From positions 992 to 64,991 of the forward strand of contig CAMCWM010000007.1 of the NCBI GenBank assembly GCA_945882215.1: 64,000 nucleotides of DNA, given 5' to 3'. The translations under genes and the position numbers were made by a program. The stretch's first letter is position 1. Each line of letters begins with the position of its first letter. Source of the stretch: Akkermansia muciniphila. Its GTDB lineage: Bacteria; Verrucomicrobiota; Verrucomicrobiia; Verrucomicrobiales; Verrucomicrobiaceae. Below are positions 1-11,622 of this stretch, piece after piece. The notes beneath the pieces were generated by a model. The model saw only the letters and a program-made list of their open reading frames with translations, did no database searches and was not told where the DNA came from.

Positions 1-842
1 ATGCTCGGACAAAGCGTGTTGGAGAACAAATACGGGCGCGAACGTTGCCGCAGCAACTCGATGATCTCCTTCTTCCCGCTCGTGTAGCCGCCACTGGCTC
101 CACCGAGCGCTTTGCCGAGCGTTCCGGTCAAAATGTCGATGCGGCCCATGACATCGCACTGCTCGTGCGTGCCACGGCCGGTTTTGCCCATGAAGCCGAC
201 GGCGTGAGAGTCATCGACCATTACCAGCGCATGGTATTTGTCAGCGAGATCGCAAATCGCCTTCAGCGGCGCGATGAAGCCGTCCATTGAAAACACGCCG
301 TCTGTGGCGATCAGCTTGAAGCGTGCGCCTTTGGCATCGGCGGCGATCAATTGCGCCTCCAGATCGGCCATGTCGCAGTTCTTGTAGCGATAGCGCTGCG
401 CTTTGCACAAACGCACGCCGTCGATGATCGACGCATGATTCAATTCATCACTGATGATCGCATCCTCGGGCCCGAGGATCGTCTCAAACAGGCCGCCGTT
501 CGCGTCGAAGCATGATCCGTAGAGAATGGTGTCCTCGGTGCCGAGGAAGTCGGACAACGAGGCTTCCAGCTCCTTATGCACACTCTGCGTGCCGCAGATG
601 AAGCGCACGCTCGCCAGCCCGTAGCCCCAATGCTCCAGCGCCTCATGCGCTGCCTGCCGCACCTTCGGATGCTGCGCGAGGCCGAGGTAGTTGTTCGCGC
701 ACATGTTCAGCACCGCCGCGCCGCCATTGGCACGCACGAGCGTGCCCTGCGGAGTGGAGAGCACGCGCTCGCGCTTGTAAGTGCCCGCAGCGCGGATGGC
801 GTCGAGCTGGGCAGTCAGATGGTCTTTGAAAGTCGTGTTCAT
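1..842 (-). CDS. kbl: 2-amino-3-ketobutyrate CoA ligase (glycine C-acetyltransferase), C-terminus cut by window edge
   Basis: My own minus-strand translation from the ATG at 842-840 reads [72 protein letters not shown]. It is absent from the ORF track because no stop lies in the window. It starts 5 nt after the tdh stop. Confidence 0.9.
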   Translation of the reverse strand, partial: MNTTFKDHLTAQLDAIRAAGTYKRERVLSTPQGTLVRANGGAAVLNMCANNYLGLAQHPKVRQAAHEALEHWGYGLASVRFICGTQSVHKELEASLSDFLGTEDTILYGSCFDANGGLFETILGPEDAIISDELNHASIIDGVRLCKAQRYRYKNCDMADLEAQLIAADAKGARFKLIATDGVFSMDGFIAPLKAICDLADKYHALVMVDDSHAVGFMGKTGRGTHEQCDVMGRIDILTGTLGKALGGASGGYTSGKKEIIELLRQRSRPYLFSNTLCPS

Positions 843-847
843 GGCAT

Positions 848-1876
<1,029 letters not shown>

Positions 1877-1935
1877 GGTTGTGGCGGCATATTGGACGCA
1901 TATCCGGTAAATTGGCAACCGCTATTTCCTGTTTT

Positions 1936-1957
1936 ATGGACACGCGTCCATTATAAT
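1936..1957 (-). promoter_or_regulatory. Candidate -10 box (TATAAT inside palindromic ATTATAAT, 1952-1957) followed by the inverted repeat ATGGAC-N4-GTCCAT (1936-1951), upstream of tdh
   Basis: Read directly from the sequence, 60-80 nt upstream of the tdh ATG. No convincing -35 box was found. It lies at the very 3' end of, and just beyond, the neighbouring DUF1501 gene. Confidence 0.25.
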
Positions 1958-1959
1958 GG

Positions 1960-3384
1960 TTAAGCCAGCACTTGGCCGATCACATGGCCAAAATCGCGCT
2001 CAAGCCGTTTGCGGCCGGGAATTTCCAACTGGTGCGGATCGAGGCCGAGCAGCTGCAGGATCGTGGCATGCACGTCGGTGACGTAATGCGGATGCTCGAC
2101 GGCGTGGAAGCCGAGTTCGTCGGTGCTGCCGTGGATCGTGCCGCCTTTGATGCCTCCGCCAGCCATCCAGACACTGAAACCATACGGGTGATGATCGCGT
2201 CCATCACTGCCTTGAGATCCCGGCGTGCGACCGAACTCGGTGGCGAAGACGACGAGCGTGTCGTCGAGCAGGCCGCGCTGCTTGAGATCTTTGAGGAGGC
2301 CGGAGATCGGTTTGTCCACCTGCTGCGCGAGCATGGAGTGATTCTTCTTCAGCCCTGAATGCGAATCCCACGCACCCGCGGCACCGTCGCCATGCTGGAG
2401 CTGGATGAAGCGCACGCCGCGTTCGGCGAGACGACGCGCGACGATGAGCTGTCGCGCGAATGGCTCTGTCACCTTGTCATCGAGTCCGTAGAGCTTCTTA
2501 GTTGCTTCGCTCTCGCTGTCGAGATTCATCGTCTCCGGCACGGCGGTCTGCATGTTGAAGGCGAGTTGGTAGCTCTTCATGCGCGCGGCGAGCGTCTTGT
2601 CGCCGGGATACTGCTCAGCATTGAGCGTGTTCAGCTTGTGGATGAGATCAAATTGCGCCGCCTGTTCCGGTTTGCCGACGGCAATCTCCGGCGCGGCAAA
2701 GGTGAGCGGGTTCTTTGGATCGACCTTCAGATTCACCGCGTCGTAGGCCGGACCGAGGTAGTGCCCGTCGCGAATATCAAAGTATCGCGGTCCCATGTTG
2801 ATGAACGATGGCAGATTGTCCGTCATCGAGCCGAGGCCATACGTCACCCACGCGCCGAGCGTCGGCACACGCGGTTCCAGCATGTGGCGGCCGCTGTGGA
2901 ATTGCACCTGGGCGCCATGATTGTCGTCCGTGGTCCACATGCTGCGGATGAAGGCGATCTCGTCCGCGCAGGAGCCGATGTGCGGGAACCAGTCGCTGAT
3001 CTCGATGCCGCACTGGCCGTACTTTTTGTAGCCGACCTGCAGCGGGTAAATCGTCGTGCGCTGCTTGCCGTTCGCATCGTTCACCACGACCACGCGCACC
3101 TTTTTGAGCTTCTCCGGGTCTTGAACGCTCGCAAAGGGCGTCTCGCCGATGGATTTGCCGGCATACTTCGTGAGCATCGGCTTCGGATCAAAGCTCTCCA
3201 TGTGGCTGACGCCGCCGCGCATGAAGAGCCAGATCACGCGCTTCGCCTTCTGCGGGGTCACCGGCAACCCGCTCGGCGGCTGCCAGCCTTCCTCAGCCTT
3301 CAACATCGACGCGACCGCGATGCTGCCGAGTCCGCCGAGGATGTCGCGGCGGAGGAAAGGTGTCGGCTGATGTTTGAAGTTCAT
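1960..3384 (-). CDS. DUF1501 domain protein (sulfatase/alkaline-phosphatase-like fold), Tat-type signal
   Basis: [67 protein letters not shown]. The start was trimmed to 3384, giving an ATGA overlap with the stop of the upstream PSD gene. Confidence 0.9.
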   Translation of the reverse strand: MNFKHQPTPFLRRDILGGLGSIAVASMLKAEEGWQPPSGLPVTPQKAKRVIWLFMRGGVSHMESFDPKPMLTKYAGKSIGETPFASVQDPEKLKKVRVVVVNDANGKQRTTIYPLQVGYKKYGQCGIEISDWFPHIGSCADEIAFIRSMWTTDDNHGAQVQFHSGRHMLEPRVPTLGAWVTYGLGSMTDNLPSFINMGPRYFDIRDGHYLGPAYDAVNLKVDPKNPLTFAAPEIAVGKPEQAAQFDLIHKLNTLNAEQYPGDKTLAARMKSYQLAFNMQTAVPETMNLDSESEATKKLYGLDDKVTEPFARQLIVARRLAERGVRFIQLQHGDGAAGAWDSHSGLKKNHSMLAQQVDKPISGLLKDLKQRGLLDDTLVVFATEFGRTPGSQGSDGRDHHPYGFSVWMAGGGIKGGTIHGSTDELGFHAVEHPHYVTDVHATILQLLGLDPHQLEIPGRKRLERDFGHVIGQVLA

Positions 3385-6300
3385 CGCAGGGTGACGAAGT
3401 CGTTGTGATTGATGAGCGCCTGCAAAAACAGGCTGCGGTTCTGTTTCAACGCCTGGAAGCCTTCGAGGCTTGCGCGGCGTTCGGCATCCGAAGGCGGACG
3501 ACCGAGCACGGCGAGAAAGGATTGTGTCACAAAAAGCTCCGCATCGAGCTTGCCGAGTTTCACGGCCAAGGCGTCGGCGCATTCGCGGCTGAGCTTGCTG
3601 TTCGTGAGCGCGAGCGCCTGCTGCGGGACGACGCTTTCGTTGCGGCGGTAGCATTCGAGGACGTTGCTGTTGTCGAAGACAGCGAGGAAGCGGTGCTCGG
3701 TGTCGGCGTTTTGGACGAAGTAGAGTGAGCGTCGCGGGCTGGTTTCCGACGACGCGGGATCAAGGCTGGGGCCACCAAGCGTGAGATCGAGCTTGCCGGC
3801 GAGATGCAGCAGGCTGTCGCGCACGAGCTGGCTTTCCATTCGGCGCGGATTCATGCGCCAGTAGCTGGCGTTGTCGGGGTCAGCGGCGACGGTGACTGCA
3901 TCGGCCTCCGCATTCGAGGAACTGCGGCGATACAGCTCAGACAGGACCATGGCACGATGCAGATGCTTCATGCTCCAGCCGCTGTTCATGAAATCGATCG
4001 TGAGCGTGTCGAGAATGTCCTGATGCAGCGGTGCCAGTGAACGGCGGCCGAAGTCGTCCATGTTGGCGACGAGCGGCGCGCCGAAGTGCCGCATCCAGAC
4101 TTGGTTCACGAGCACGCGGGCGGTGAGAGGATTGCGTTTGTCGGCGATCCATTTGGCGAAAGCAAGTCTGCGGCCCGTGCTGTTCTCAGGATAGGTCTGC
4201 ACGGTCGCGTTGTTGTTTTCCTCCGGGCCTTCCTGGGCCTTCAAGCTCGCTGGCAGCGAGGTGTATGTCTCTCCGGGCGCTGCGACCTTCTTCTTCGCCT
4301 TCTCCAAGGCTTCGCGTGCGGCTTTGATCTTCTTATCAGCGTCCTTGGCCTTCAGATCGGCCTCGGCTTTTACGAGATCGACCTCGGCCTGAGCCAGCTT
4401 GTAGTTCGACTCGGCAGCAGCGGCGGCTTTGGCGAGTGCTTTGTCCTGCTTGGCCTTATCCGCAACGAAAACAGCGCGAATCATCGCGGGTTTGGCCTTG
4501 GCGGCTGCGAGTTGTTTTTCAGCGAGTGCGACGGCGGCTTTCGCATCTGCCAGCGGCACTAACTTGTCAGCGGCAGGTTCCCGCAAAACGGTATTCAGAG
4601 CCAACTCGGCGAGCTTGAAGCTGTGAAACTCGACATCGGCATCGAAAGCGCCGAGCGCCAGACTACCTGGACGGCGCTGCTGTGGCAGACGGTAAGCGAG
4701 TGCCGGCTCGCCATTGATGCTGGCGTTGATGAGCTGGCCGCGCACACGCAGATCGAGCGTATAGCGCACGTCCTGCGAGATTGGGCGGGCCACCGAACCA
4801 GCGGCGGGATAGGTGGACTTGCCAGCGCTGGCCAGGGCGATCTGAATCTTCGATCCGCCGCTGAAGGCACTCATGTAAACCATCACATCGTCGCCATCCG
4901 CGCTGTCGAAAGCGATGCCGACGGATTTCCATTTCTGTCCGCCGCGAATGGTGAAGCTCAAACTGGCCTCGAAGTCGGCGGGTGGAGCTGGTTTCAGCCG
5001 CAGCGAGCGACGCTCGGCTCCGGTTTCATGCTGGCGCACGCCGGTCGGCGAATGTTTCCAGTCACCTTTGATAATCTCCCAATGATCAGGTTTCGCAGCG
5101 GTGAAATCATCGCTGACGATCACCTTGGGCGTTGTCACTGGCTTCGCAGCAGGCTGAGGTGATTTGGCGAGCGTCTGTCGTGCTTGATCGAGCGCCTTTT
5201 GCGCGGCGGTGATTTCACGCTCAGCCGCACCCAGATGATCTTCGAGCACAAACGGCAGCAGCGCCGGTTTGGCAGATGCAGGTGGCAGTTTGACGGATGC
5301 TGGTTGGAAAGAAGCGAACTCCAGCACCTGCGGAACGCCTGCTTTCAGCGGCTTCGACTTGTCCTCGTTCTTTTCGTCGCCACGCACATGGCGAAAGGTC
5401 GGTTTGTCGAGATGGAGGTCAAAGACACGAGGCAGGCCGTTTTTATCGAAGTCTGTCTCGCCTTGCCATGGATCGAGGCGCACGTGCAGCGGCTCGAAGA
5501 TGGCGCGCATGCGGTAGTAGTCAGCCTGCTCGATGGGATCGTATTTGTGGTCGTGGCACTTCACGCACTGCATCGTCAGGCCGAGGAAGGCGCGGCAGGT
5601 GTGCTCGATGGTTTCGTCGAGCCAGGTGGTGCGGTTGAAGAGGTAGTAGCTGCGGGCGAGGAAGCCGGTGGCGCGGAGGTTGTCGCGATCCTCGGGCGCG
5701 AGTTCATCGGCAGCGAGCATCTGCACGATCATCTGGTCGTAGCCTTTGTCGGTGTTCAGCGATTCCACGATCCAGTCACGCCAGTGCCAGATGTGCTTCT
5801 GCGAATGACGAAGCTGTGCGCCAAGGCCATACCAGTCGCAATAGCGCCAGATGTCCATGAAGTGACGTGCCCAGCGCTCGCCGTATTGCGGCGTGCCAAG
5901 CAGGTGATCGACCACACGCTGACGCGCCGGCATGGAGGTGTCCTTCAAGAACGCAGTGATCTGCTCCGGCGTCGGCGGCAGGCCGATGAGATCGAGATAC
6001 ACGCGGCGAAGCCAGAGTTCCGGCTCGGCTTCGGGCTGCGGTTTGAGATTTTTCGAAGCGAGCCGTGCTGCAAGCAGTGCATCGACCGGCTTGCCTGACG
6101 ACTTCGGCATTTGGTAGGCCCAATGTGCGCGCGGATCGGCCTCGGGCTGCTCATTCGCGGGCGAGGGCGCTCCGGCGACGAGCCAGGCTTTGAGCTTGGC
6201 GACTTGCTCGGTGTTGAGCATGGAGCCTTCGCCTTCGGGCGGCATGCGGTCCTCCTTGTCGGTGGTTGTCACGCGTTCGAGCAGCAGTGAATGATCGCCC

Positions 6301-6530
6301 GCGAGAATGTCCCCGCCATCGCCGCCCTTGCGCATGGCGGCGGCCGTGTCGAGCCGCAGATCCGCCTTCTGCTTCAAAGCGCCGTGGCAGGCGTAGCAGC
6401 GCTCTTTGAGCAGCGGCTTGATCTCCTTTTCATAATCCACTGCCAGCGCAGGAAGCGCCATCCAAGCGAGCGCGAGCATTCCTCGTGTCAGGAAAACGCG
6501 TGGAACTGGATTGGGAATGGCATTCTTCAT
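3381..6530 (-). CDS. PSCyt1 / DUF1549 / DUF1553 (PSD1) protein with an inserted LamG/DUF1080-like domain and an Ala/Lys coiled coil
   Basis: The signal peptide [30 protein letters not shown] is followed by CYACHG..ADLRLD (planctomycete cytochrome c motif). DUF1549-like [23 protein letters not shown] and DUF1553-like [10 protein letters not shown] follow. The start was trimmed from 6812 to 6530. Confidence 0.9.
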   Translation of the reverse strand: MKNAIPNPVPRVFLTRGMLALAWMALPALAVDYEKEIKPLLKERCYACHGALKQKADLRLDTAAAMRKGGDGGDILAGDHSLLLERVTTTDKEDRMPPEGEGSMLNTEQVAKLKAWLVAGAPSPANEQPEADPRAHWAYQMPKSSGKPVDALLAARLASKNLKPQPEAEPELWLRRVYLDLIGLPPTPEQITAFLKDTSMPARQRVVDHLLGTPQYGERWARHFMDIWRYCDWYGLGAQLRHSQKHIWHWRDWIVESLNTDKGYDQMIVQMLAADELAPEDRDNLRATGFLARSYYLFNRTTWLDETIEHTCRAFLGLTMQCVKCHDHKYDPIEQADYYRMRAIFEPLHVRLDPWQGETDFDKNGLPRVFDLHLDKPTFRHVRGDEKNEDKSKPLKAGVPQVLEFASFQPASVKLPPASAKPALLPFVLEDHLGAAEREITAAQKALDQARQTLAKSPQPAAKPVTTPKVIVSDDFTAAKPDHWEIIKGDWKHSPTGVRQHETGAERRSLRLKPAPPADFEASLSFTIRGGQKWKSVGIAFDSADGDDVMVYMSAFSGGSKIQIALASAGKSTYPAAGSVARPISQDVRYTLDLRVRGQLINASINGEPALAYRLPQQRRPGSLALGAFDADVEFHSFKLAELALNTVLREPAADKLVPLADAKAAVALAEKQLAAAKAKPAMIRAVFVADKAKQDKALAKAAAAAESNYKLAQAEVDLVKAEADLKAKDADKKIKAAREALEKAKKKVAAPGETYTSLPASLKAQEGPEENNNATVQTYPENSTGRRLAFAKWIADKRNPLTARVLVNQVWMRHFGAPLVANMDDFGRRSLAPLHQDILDTLTIDFMNSGWSMKHLHRAMVLSELYRRSSSNAEADAVTVAADPDNASYWRMNPRRMESQLVRDSLLHLAGKLDLTLGGPSLDPASSETSPRRSLYFVQNADTEHRFLAVFDNSNVLECYRRNESVVPQQALALTNSKLSRECADALAVKLGKLDAELFVTQSFLAVLGRPPSDAERRASLEGFQALKQNRSLFLQALINHNDFVTLR

Positions 6531-6630
6531 GGGCAAAGCGACCGAGACATTACGCCGCCGGAAGAAGAACTCTTTGCTGTCCAAAAACCGGCTTCCCAAG
6601 CCTTGGAGCGTCTGCCATCCTGATTTCCTC

Positions 6631-8481
6631 ATGCGCCCGCTCTTTTTTGCCGCTCTCACGCTGTCATCGGTTTTCGCCGGAGACGCCACCATCATCGAAA
6701 AAACACCCGGACTTGTCGGTTTCTGGACGTTTGGCGAGGAGGCAGGGCAGAAACGTGTTTCCCAAGGCACGAAGGAACAACACCCTCTCAGCGAGGTAAA
6801 CGGACCCATCAAACGCGTGGCCGGTGGTCCGTTCTCCGGTTACGCCGCCGATTTGAATGGCAGCCAGTATTTCGAGATCAAGCACGGCGAGACGGGCGAC
6901 CTCAACATCTCCGGCAAAGACGCGCAGGTCTCGATGTTCGCCGCCGTGCGCATCGTGGACCTCAAAAAAAGCCGCACCATCGCCGGCATGTGGAGCGAGG
7001 GAAAGGGCGCGAACGATGACACCGGCACACGGCAATATGCGCTGCTCATGAACATGCCCACCTACGGCGGCAACCGCCAGCTCGTGCCGCATATCAGCAG
7101 CGAGGGCGGCGTGACGATGCGTGCCGACGGCACGAAGTTCCCGTGGTGCGCCGATTACGCGGCCACGAAGCGCGAAGTGCCGGAGGAGGAGTGGTGTACG
7201 CTCGCCTTCACCTACGATTCCAAATACCTCTGCGCCTACATCAACGGCGTGCTTGATGAGCGCCAGCTAGACGCCGTCAAAGACAAGCGCAACGACCCGT
7301 ATTTCACCAAGGAAGGCCCCGACGGCAAGGATCGCGGTATGAACCCCTACTACCACGGTCGCGGCATCTTCAAGTATGACTCGGCCTTGCATGCGAAGAC
7401 CAAGATCGCCCCGTCCGACTTCACCGTCGGTGCCCGCATGGCTGTTGGTTCGATGACTGGCGAGGCGACGATTGGGAAATTCGGCGGCTTGGCGGTGTTC
7501 AACCGTGCTTTGAGCGATGCAGAGATCAAAACGCTGCATGACTCGGCGGGGGTGGAGACGCTCAACGCCCAGCCGCCGCCAAAGCCAGTGATTTTTCGTC
7601 ATCCGAAGGGCAGCGTGACGTTGGAGGGCGAAAACGTGCTCTACACACTCGATGGCAGCGATCCCATGGCGAAATCCAATCCGTATCTCGCTCCCATTGC
7701 GCTCGCCAGCGGGGGCACGGTGAAGGCGCGTTCGTTTTCCAAGGATCGTAAACGAATGAGCGAGGTCGCGACGATGATTTACGAGCCATTGCCCGGCCAA
7801 AAGCCTCTGCCCAGCACCGTCGTGCCCGTCACGCAGGATCGGAGCTGGCCCAGCTACGACTGGCGGAAGCGGCACGAGCTCACCAGCGCCGTCGTGAAGC
7901 GTACGAAGCCGCAGATTCTCTTCATCGGCGACTCGATCACGCATTTCTTCGGCGGCGAGCAGTTCGACGGCTACGCGCTGCGCGGCAAGAACACCTGGGA
8001 CGAATTCAACGCGCCGCGAAAGGCCGGAAATCTCGGTTTTGGCTGGGACAAGACCGAGAACGTGCTCTGGCGGCTTCAGCACGGTGCCATCGACGGCATC
8101 GCGCCGAAACTCGTCGTCATGATGATCGGCACCAACAACACCGGGGACAGCGCCGCGGCCGACATAGCCGCCGGCATTGAAGCCATCGTGCTTGAACTCG
8201 AAAAACGCCTGCCGCAGTCGAAAATCCTCCTCCTTGGCGTCTTCCCGCGCGGCGAAAAGCCCGGTCCGCAGCGTGACAAGATCGCCGAGATCAATCGCGG
8301 CATCGCCAAGCTCGACGGCACGCACAACGTCACCTTCCTCGACATCGGCGCAAAATTTCTCACCGCCGACGGCCTCATCACGAAGGACATCATGCCCGAC
8401 TTCCTCCACCCAAATGAAAAAGGCTATCGCATCTGGGCCGAGGCCATCGAGCCGACAGTGAAAAAGCTGATGGGAGAATAA
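6631..8481 (+). CDS. Exported multidomain protein with LamG-like lectin, chitobiase/Hex C-terminal-like and SGNH/GDSL esterase domains
   Basis: The signal is [17 protein letters not shown]. The LamG-like block ends at [19 protein letters not shown], followed by [14 protein letters not shown]. The SGNH blocks are [22 protein letters not shown] and [10 protein letters not shown]. Confidence 0.85.
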   Translation: MRPLFFAALTLSSVFAGDATIIEKTPGLVGFWTFGEEAGQKRVSQGTKEQHPLSEVNGPIKRVAGGPFSGYAADLNGSQYFEIKHGETGDLNISGKDAQVSMFAAVRIVDLKKSRTIAGMWSEGKGANDDTGTRQYALLMNMPTYGGNRQLVPHISSEGGVTMRADGTKFPWCADYAATKREVPEEEWCTLAFTYDSKYLCAYINGVLDERQLDAVKDKRNDPYFTKEGPDGKDRGMNPYYHGRGIFKYDSALHAKTKIAPSDFTVGARMAVGSMTGEATIGKFGGLAVFNRALSDAEIKTLHDSAGVETLNAQPPPKPVIFRHPKGSVTLEGENVLYTLDGSDPMAKSNPYLAPIALASGGTVKARSFSKDRKRMSEVATMIYEPLPGQKPLPSTVVPVTQDRSWPSYDWRKRHELTSAVVKRTKPQILFIGDSITHFFGGEQFDGYALRGKNTWDEFNAPRKAGNLGFGWDKTENVLWRLQHGAIDGIAPKLVVMMIGTNNTGDSAAADIAAGIEAIVLELEKRLPQSKILLLGVFPRGEKPGPQRDKIAEINRGIAKLDGTHNVTFLDIGAKFLTADGLITKDIMPDFLHPNEKGYRIWAEAIEPTVKKLMGE

Positions 8482-8834
8482 CATTGGCCGCACAGCGACA
8501 CCTCCGCCTTTTTTAAGTAGATTAATTTCGCCCTCGCCTTTCTGGAGCTTGCGAAGCGAGGCACGAACGGCCTCGCCGGCGATGTTGTAGTGACCTGTGA
8601 TGATGAGCTGCTTGATGAAGCCATCAAAACGGGGAGGCTAGCGCGACATTCATCCAGCCGGCCGGCCATCAGCAATAGATGTCAAGCTTCAACATCGCCT
8701 CATTTGCGATTCATGAATTCCGCATCGTTCCGTGGCGCTGCTCTCTTGGCGATAAACACAGGCAGCGCCGAGCGTAGGTCTCACACATGTCATCCATCAT
8801 TCAGCCCCCTTCCCTTATTCGTTGCTCCGGCCCC

Positions 8835-10211
8835 ATGTCACGCCGCGGTTTCATGCAGTTTGGCCTGACCGGGATGGCGACGCTGAGCTGGCCTGGATTG
8901 CTCAAACTGCGCGCGGCGAACGCGGCGCTGCCGAAGGCGGAACGTAAATCCATCATCATGGTGTGGCTGCCGGGCGGACAATCGCACATCGACACCTACG
9001 ATCCGAAACCGGACGCGAGCAGCGAGTATCGCGGGCCGTTCAAGACGATCAGCACCAAGGTGCCGGGCACGCATTTCACCGAACTGCTGCCGATGAGTGC
9101 GAAGATCGCGGACAAGTTCACCGTGCTGCGCTCGATGCATCAGTCGGCGGGCGGACATCCGGCAGGCACGATGCAGATGTTCTCCGGCGACAAAGACACA
9201 CGAGACAAACCCAAGCCGCGCCTGCCAGACTGGATGTCGGTGACTCACTATTTGAGGGCAAAAGAAGGCGGACGCGCCAATCCGCTGCCGAATTACATCG
9301 GCGTTCCCGCCGCATCGCCTGAGTATTCGAGCCCCGCCTATCTTGGCGATGCCTACGCGCCCTTCGCTGTGAGTGATGATCCGAATCGTCCAACCTTCCA
9401 GGTGCCGAACATCGGTCTGGCGGATGAATCAGAAAACCGCCGCCTCGGCGACCGCATCGCGCTCCGCAAGAGCCTCGACAAGATGGAGCGTGCGTTTGAT
9501 CGCGAGGGCGAACTCGGTGCGCTGGATGAATTTGAAGCTCAAGCCGCCACGCTGCTCACTAATCCGCAAACGCGTGATGCTTTTGACCTGAGCAAGGAAG
9601 ATCCGGCAACTCGTGACCGCTATGGGCGCAATCGCTGGGGGCAGCAGTTGCTGCTCGCGCGTCGTCTCGTTGAATCCGGCGTGGAAATCGTCACCAGCAG
9701 CCTTAGCGGGCCGCTCTGCGGTCGCGTGAACAACTGGGACGACCACGCAGTGAACCAGCATCAGTTTGAAGCGCTGCGCTTCCGCATGCCGACCTATGAC
9801 CGCTGCGTGTCCGCATTGATCGAGGACATCTACGCGCGTGGACTCGACAAGAAGGTGCTTGTCGTCGTCACAGGCGAGTTTGGCCGCACGCCAAAGATCA
9901 GCTTCGACCGCAGCACCGGTGCGGGCGATGCCAGCGGCCCCACGGGCACGCTGCAACCCGGCCGCGATCACTGGCCGCGCGCCTTCACCAACATCTGGGC
10001 CGGCGGCGGCATCCAGACCGGCGGTGTCATCGGTGCCAGCGACAAACGCGGTGAAGACGTGGTCGAGCGCCCCTGCAACGCCAGCGACTTCCTCGCGACG
10101 ATCTATCACCATCTCGGCATCGACTACGGCAAGGTCACGCTCAACGACCTCAACGGCCGCCCAGTCCACATCGTGGAGAACGGCAGGGCGATTCCGGAAT
10201 TGATCGCGTAA
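8835..10211 (+). CDS. DUF1501 domain protein (GRDHWP subtype), Tat-type signal
   Basis: MSRRGFMQFGLTGMATL..IMVWLPGGQSHIDTYDPKP..GEFGRTPK..GRDHWPRAFTNIWAGGGIQTG. An alternative upstream ATG lies at 8787. Confidence 0.88.
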   Translation: MSRRGFMQFGLTGMATLSWPGLLKLRAANAALPKAERKSIIMVWLPGGQSHIDTYDPKPDASSEYRGPFKTISTKVPGTHFTELLPMSAKIADKFTVLRSMHQSAGGHPAGTMQMFSGDKDTRDKPKPRLPDWMSVTHYLRAKEGGRANPLPNYIGVPAASPEYSSPAYLGDAYAPFAVSDDPNRPTFQVPNIGLADESENRRLGDRIALRKSLDKMERAFDREGELGALDEFEAQAATLLTNPQTRDAFDLSKEDPATRDRYGRNRWGQQLLLARRLVESGVEIVTSSLSGPLCGRVNNWDDHAVNQHQFEALRFRMPTYDRCVSALIEDIYARGLDKKVLVVVTGEFGRTPKISFDRSTGAGDASGPTGTLQPGRDHWPRAFTNIWAGGGIQTGGVIGASDKRGEDVVERPCNASDFLATIYHHLGIDYGKVTLNDLNGRPVHIVENGRAIPELIA

Positions 10212-10228
10212 CACACCTTCTACATCCC

Positions 10229-11560
10229 ATGAGCCGCCACCACTACTCGCGCCGAGCGTTCCTGCGTGGGACAGGAGTCAGCATGGCTTTGCCGTGGATG
10301 GAGTCGGTCAATGTGTGGGGCGATGAGCCGAAACGTAACAAGCCGGCCAGCGAGGCTCCGGTGCGCCTGTGCGTGACGTTTTCCGGCAACGGCTTCCACT
10401 CGAAGGAATGGTGGGCGAAGGGTGAGGGCAAAGCGATGGAAGTGGGCAAGGTGCTCGCACCGTTGAAGGATTTTCGCGAGAAGATGCTCTTCGTGCGCGG
10501 GCTGTATCATGAGGAGGCACGGAAAGGGAACATTCACTCGTCGCAGACAGGAAACATGCTCTCCGGCGCGCCGATTGCGTCAGGTGGCGAGATCCGGTCG
10601 GGCACGAGCTTCGATCAATTGCTGGCCCAGACTTATGGCCGCAGCACGAAGGTGCCGAGCCTTGTGCTTGCTTGCGAAAAATCGAACCCCTCGGTGCACA
10701 AGAACTACTCGATGCTCTACAGCTCGCACATCTCGTGGAGTTCACCGACTACGCCGACGCCGCTGGAGCTTTACCCCGCCCTGGCGTTTGACCGGCTCTT
10801 CAAAGACGATGCCTCGCCCGCCGACAAGAGTGTGCTGGATGCTGTGCTGGCCGATGCTCAGGATTTGCGCCGCGACATCAGCGCCAGCGACCAGCGCAAG
10901 CTCGACGAATACCTCGACAGCGTGCGCGAGGTGGAGAAGCGCATCGAGAACGCTGGCAAACGCGGCGAATTGCAGGGCTGGCGTCCCACGCTCGACAAGC
11001 CGAACATGCAGCGCCCCGCTGACGGCATCCCGCAGGACATCGGCGAGCACATGCGGTTGATGATCGACCTGCTTGTGCTTGGCTTCCAGACGGACACGAC
11101 GCGCATCACCACGCTGAAGCTCAACAACGACCACAGCGCCCTGCGTTTCCCGAATCTGCCCAGCGTGCAGCAGGCCGGGCACGGCATCGACTACATGATC
11201 CATCACCTGCTCTCCCACAGCGACGGCGAGGACTGGATGAAGGTGAACCAGTTCTTCATGGAGCAGATCGCCTACCTCGCACGGAAGCTCGACGCCATCC
11301 AGGAAGGACCGCGCACGCTGCTCGACAACACCATGCTCATGCATTGCTCCAGCATGATGGCCGGTGCGAAGCACGACAACGACCAGCTTCCCATCATCGT
11401 GCTTGGTGGCGCGGGAGGGCGGCTCAAAACCGGCCGCGCACTCGACTACACGGGCAAACCCGAGCGCCAGCTCTGCCGCCTGTTCATGTCGATGATGGAC
11501 AAGATGGACGTTCGCCCGAAGGCCTTCGGTGATGCGAAGATGATGCTGGAGGAGGTGTGA
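10229..11560 (+). CDS. DUF1552 (HXXSHH family) protein, Tat-type signal
   Basis: MSRHHYSRRAFLRGTGVSMALPWMES and the family motif variant IHHLLSHS. It starts 17 nt after the preceding DUF1501 gene. Confidence 0.82.
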   Translation: MSRHHYSRRAFLRGTGVSMALPWMESVNVWGDEPKRNKPASEAPVRLCVTFSGNGFHSKEWWAKGEGKAMEVGKVLAPLKDFREKMLFVRGLYHEEARKGNIHSSQTGNMLSGAPIASGGEIRSGTSFDQLLAQTYGRSTKVPSLVLACEKSNPSVHKNYSMLYSSHISWSSPTTPTPLELYPALAFDRLFKDDASPADKSVLDAVLADAQDLRRDISASDQRKLDEYLDSVREVEKRIENAGKRGELQGWRPTLDKPNMQRPADGIPQDIGEHMRLMIDLLVLGFQTDTTRITTLKLNNDHSALRFPNLPSVQQAGHGIDYMIHHLLSHSDGEDWMKVNQFFMEQIAYLARKLDAIQEGPRTLLDNTMLMHCSSMMAGAKHDNDQLPIIVLGGAGGRLKTGRALDYTGKPERQLCRLFMSMMDKMDVRPKAFGDAKMMLEEV

Positions 11561-11622
11561 GCCTCACGGAAGTGGGATGACAAGCATGTCAGAAACGCCA
11601 AGATCGTTGACGTATTTAAACG

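Noticed and set aside
1960-3654. Long N-terminal extensions of track ORFs, for example 1960-3654, 3381-6812, 6511-8481, 20723-22201, 27934-30315, 27131-28240, 14802-15917, 17118-18185 and 56790-57677.
   Set aside because: The extensions are Arg/Pro-rich and overlap the neighbouring gene. They also precede an internal ATG that yields a proper Sec or Tat signal peptide and usually an ATGA or short-gap junction. The shorter starts were used.
4250-4600. Repetitive-looking GCN/AAG-rich DNA that might be mistaken for a tandem repeat or a CRISPR-like array.
   Set aside because: It is in frame within the PSD gene and encodes an Ala/Lys/Glu coiled coil. There is no unit periodicity and no repeat-spacer structure. 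I saw no CRISPR array anywhere in the window.
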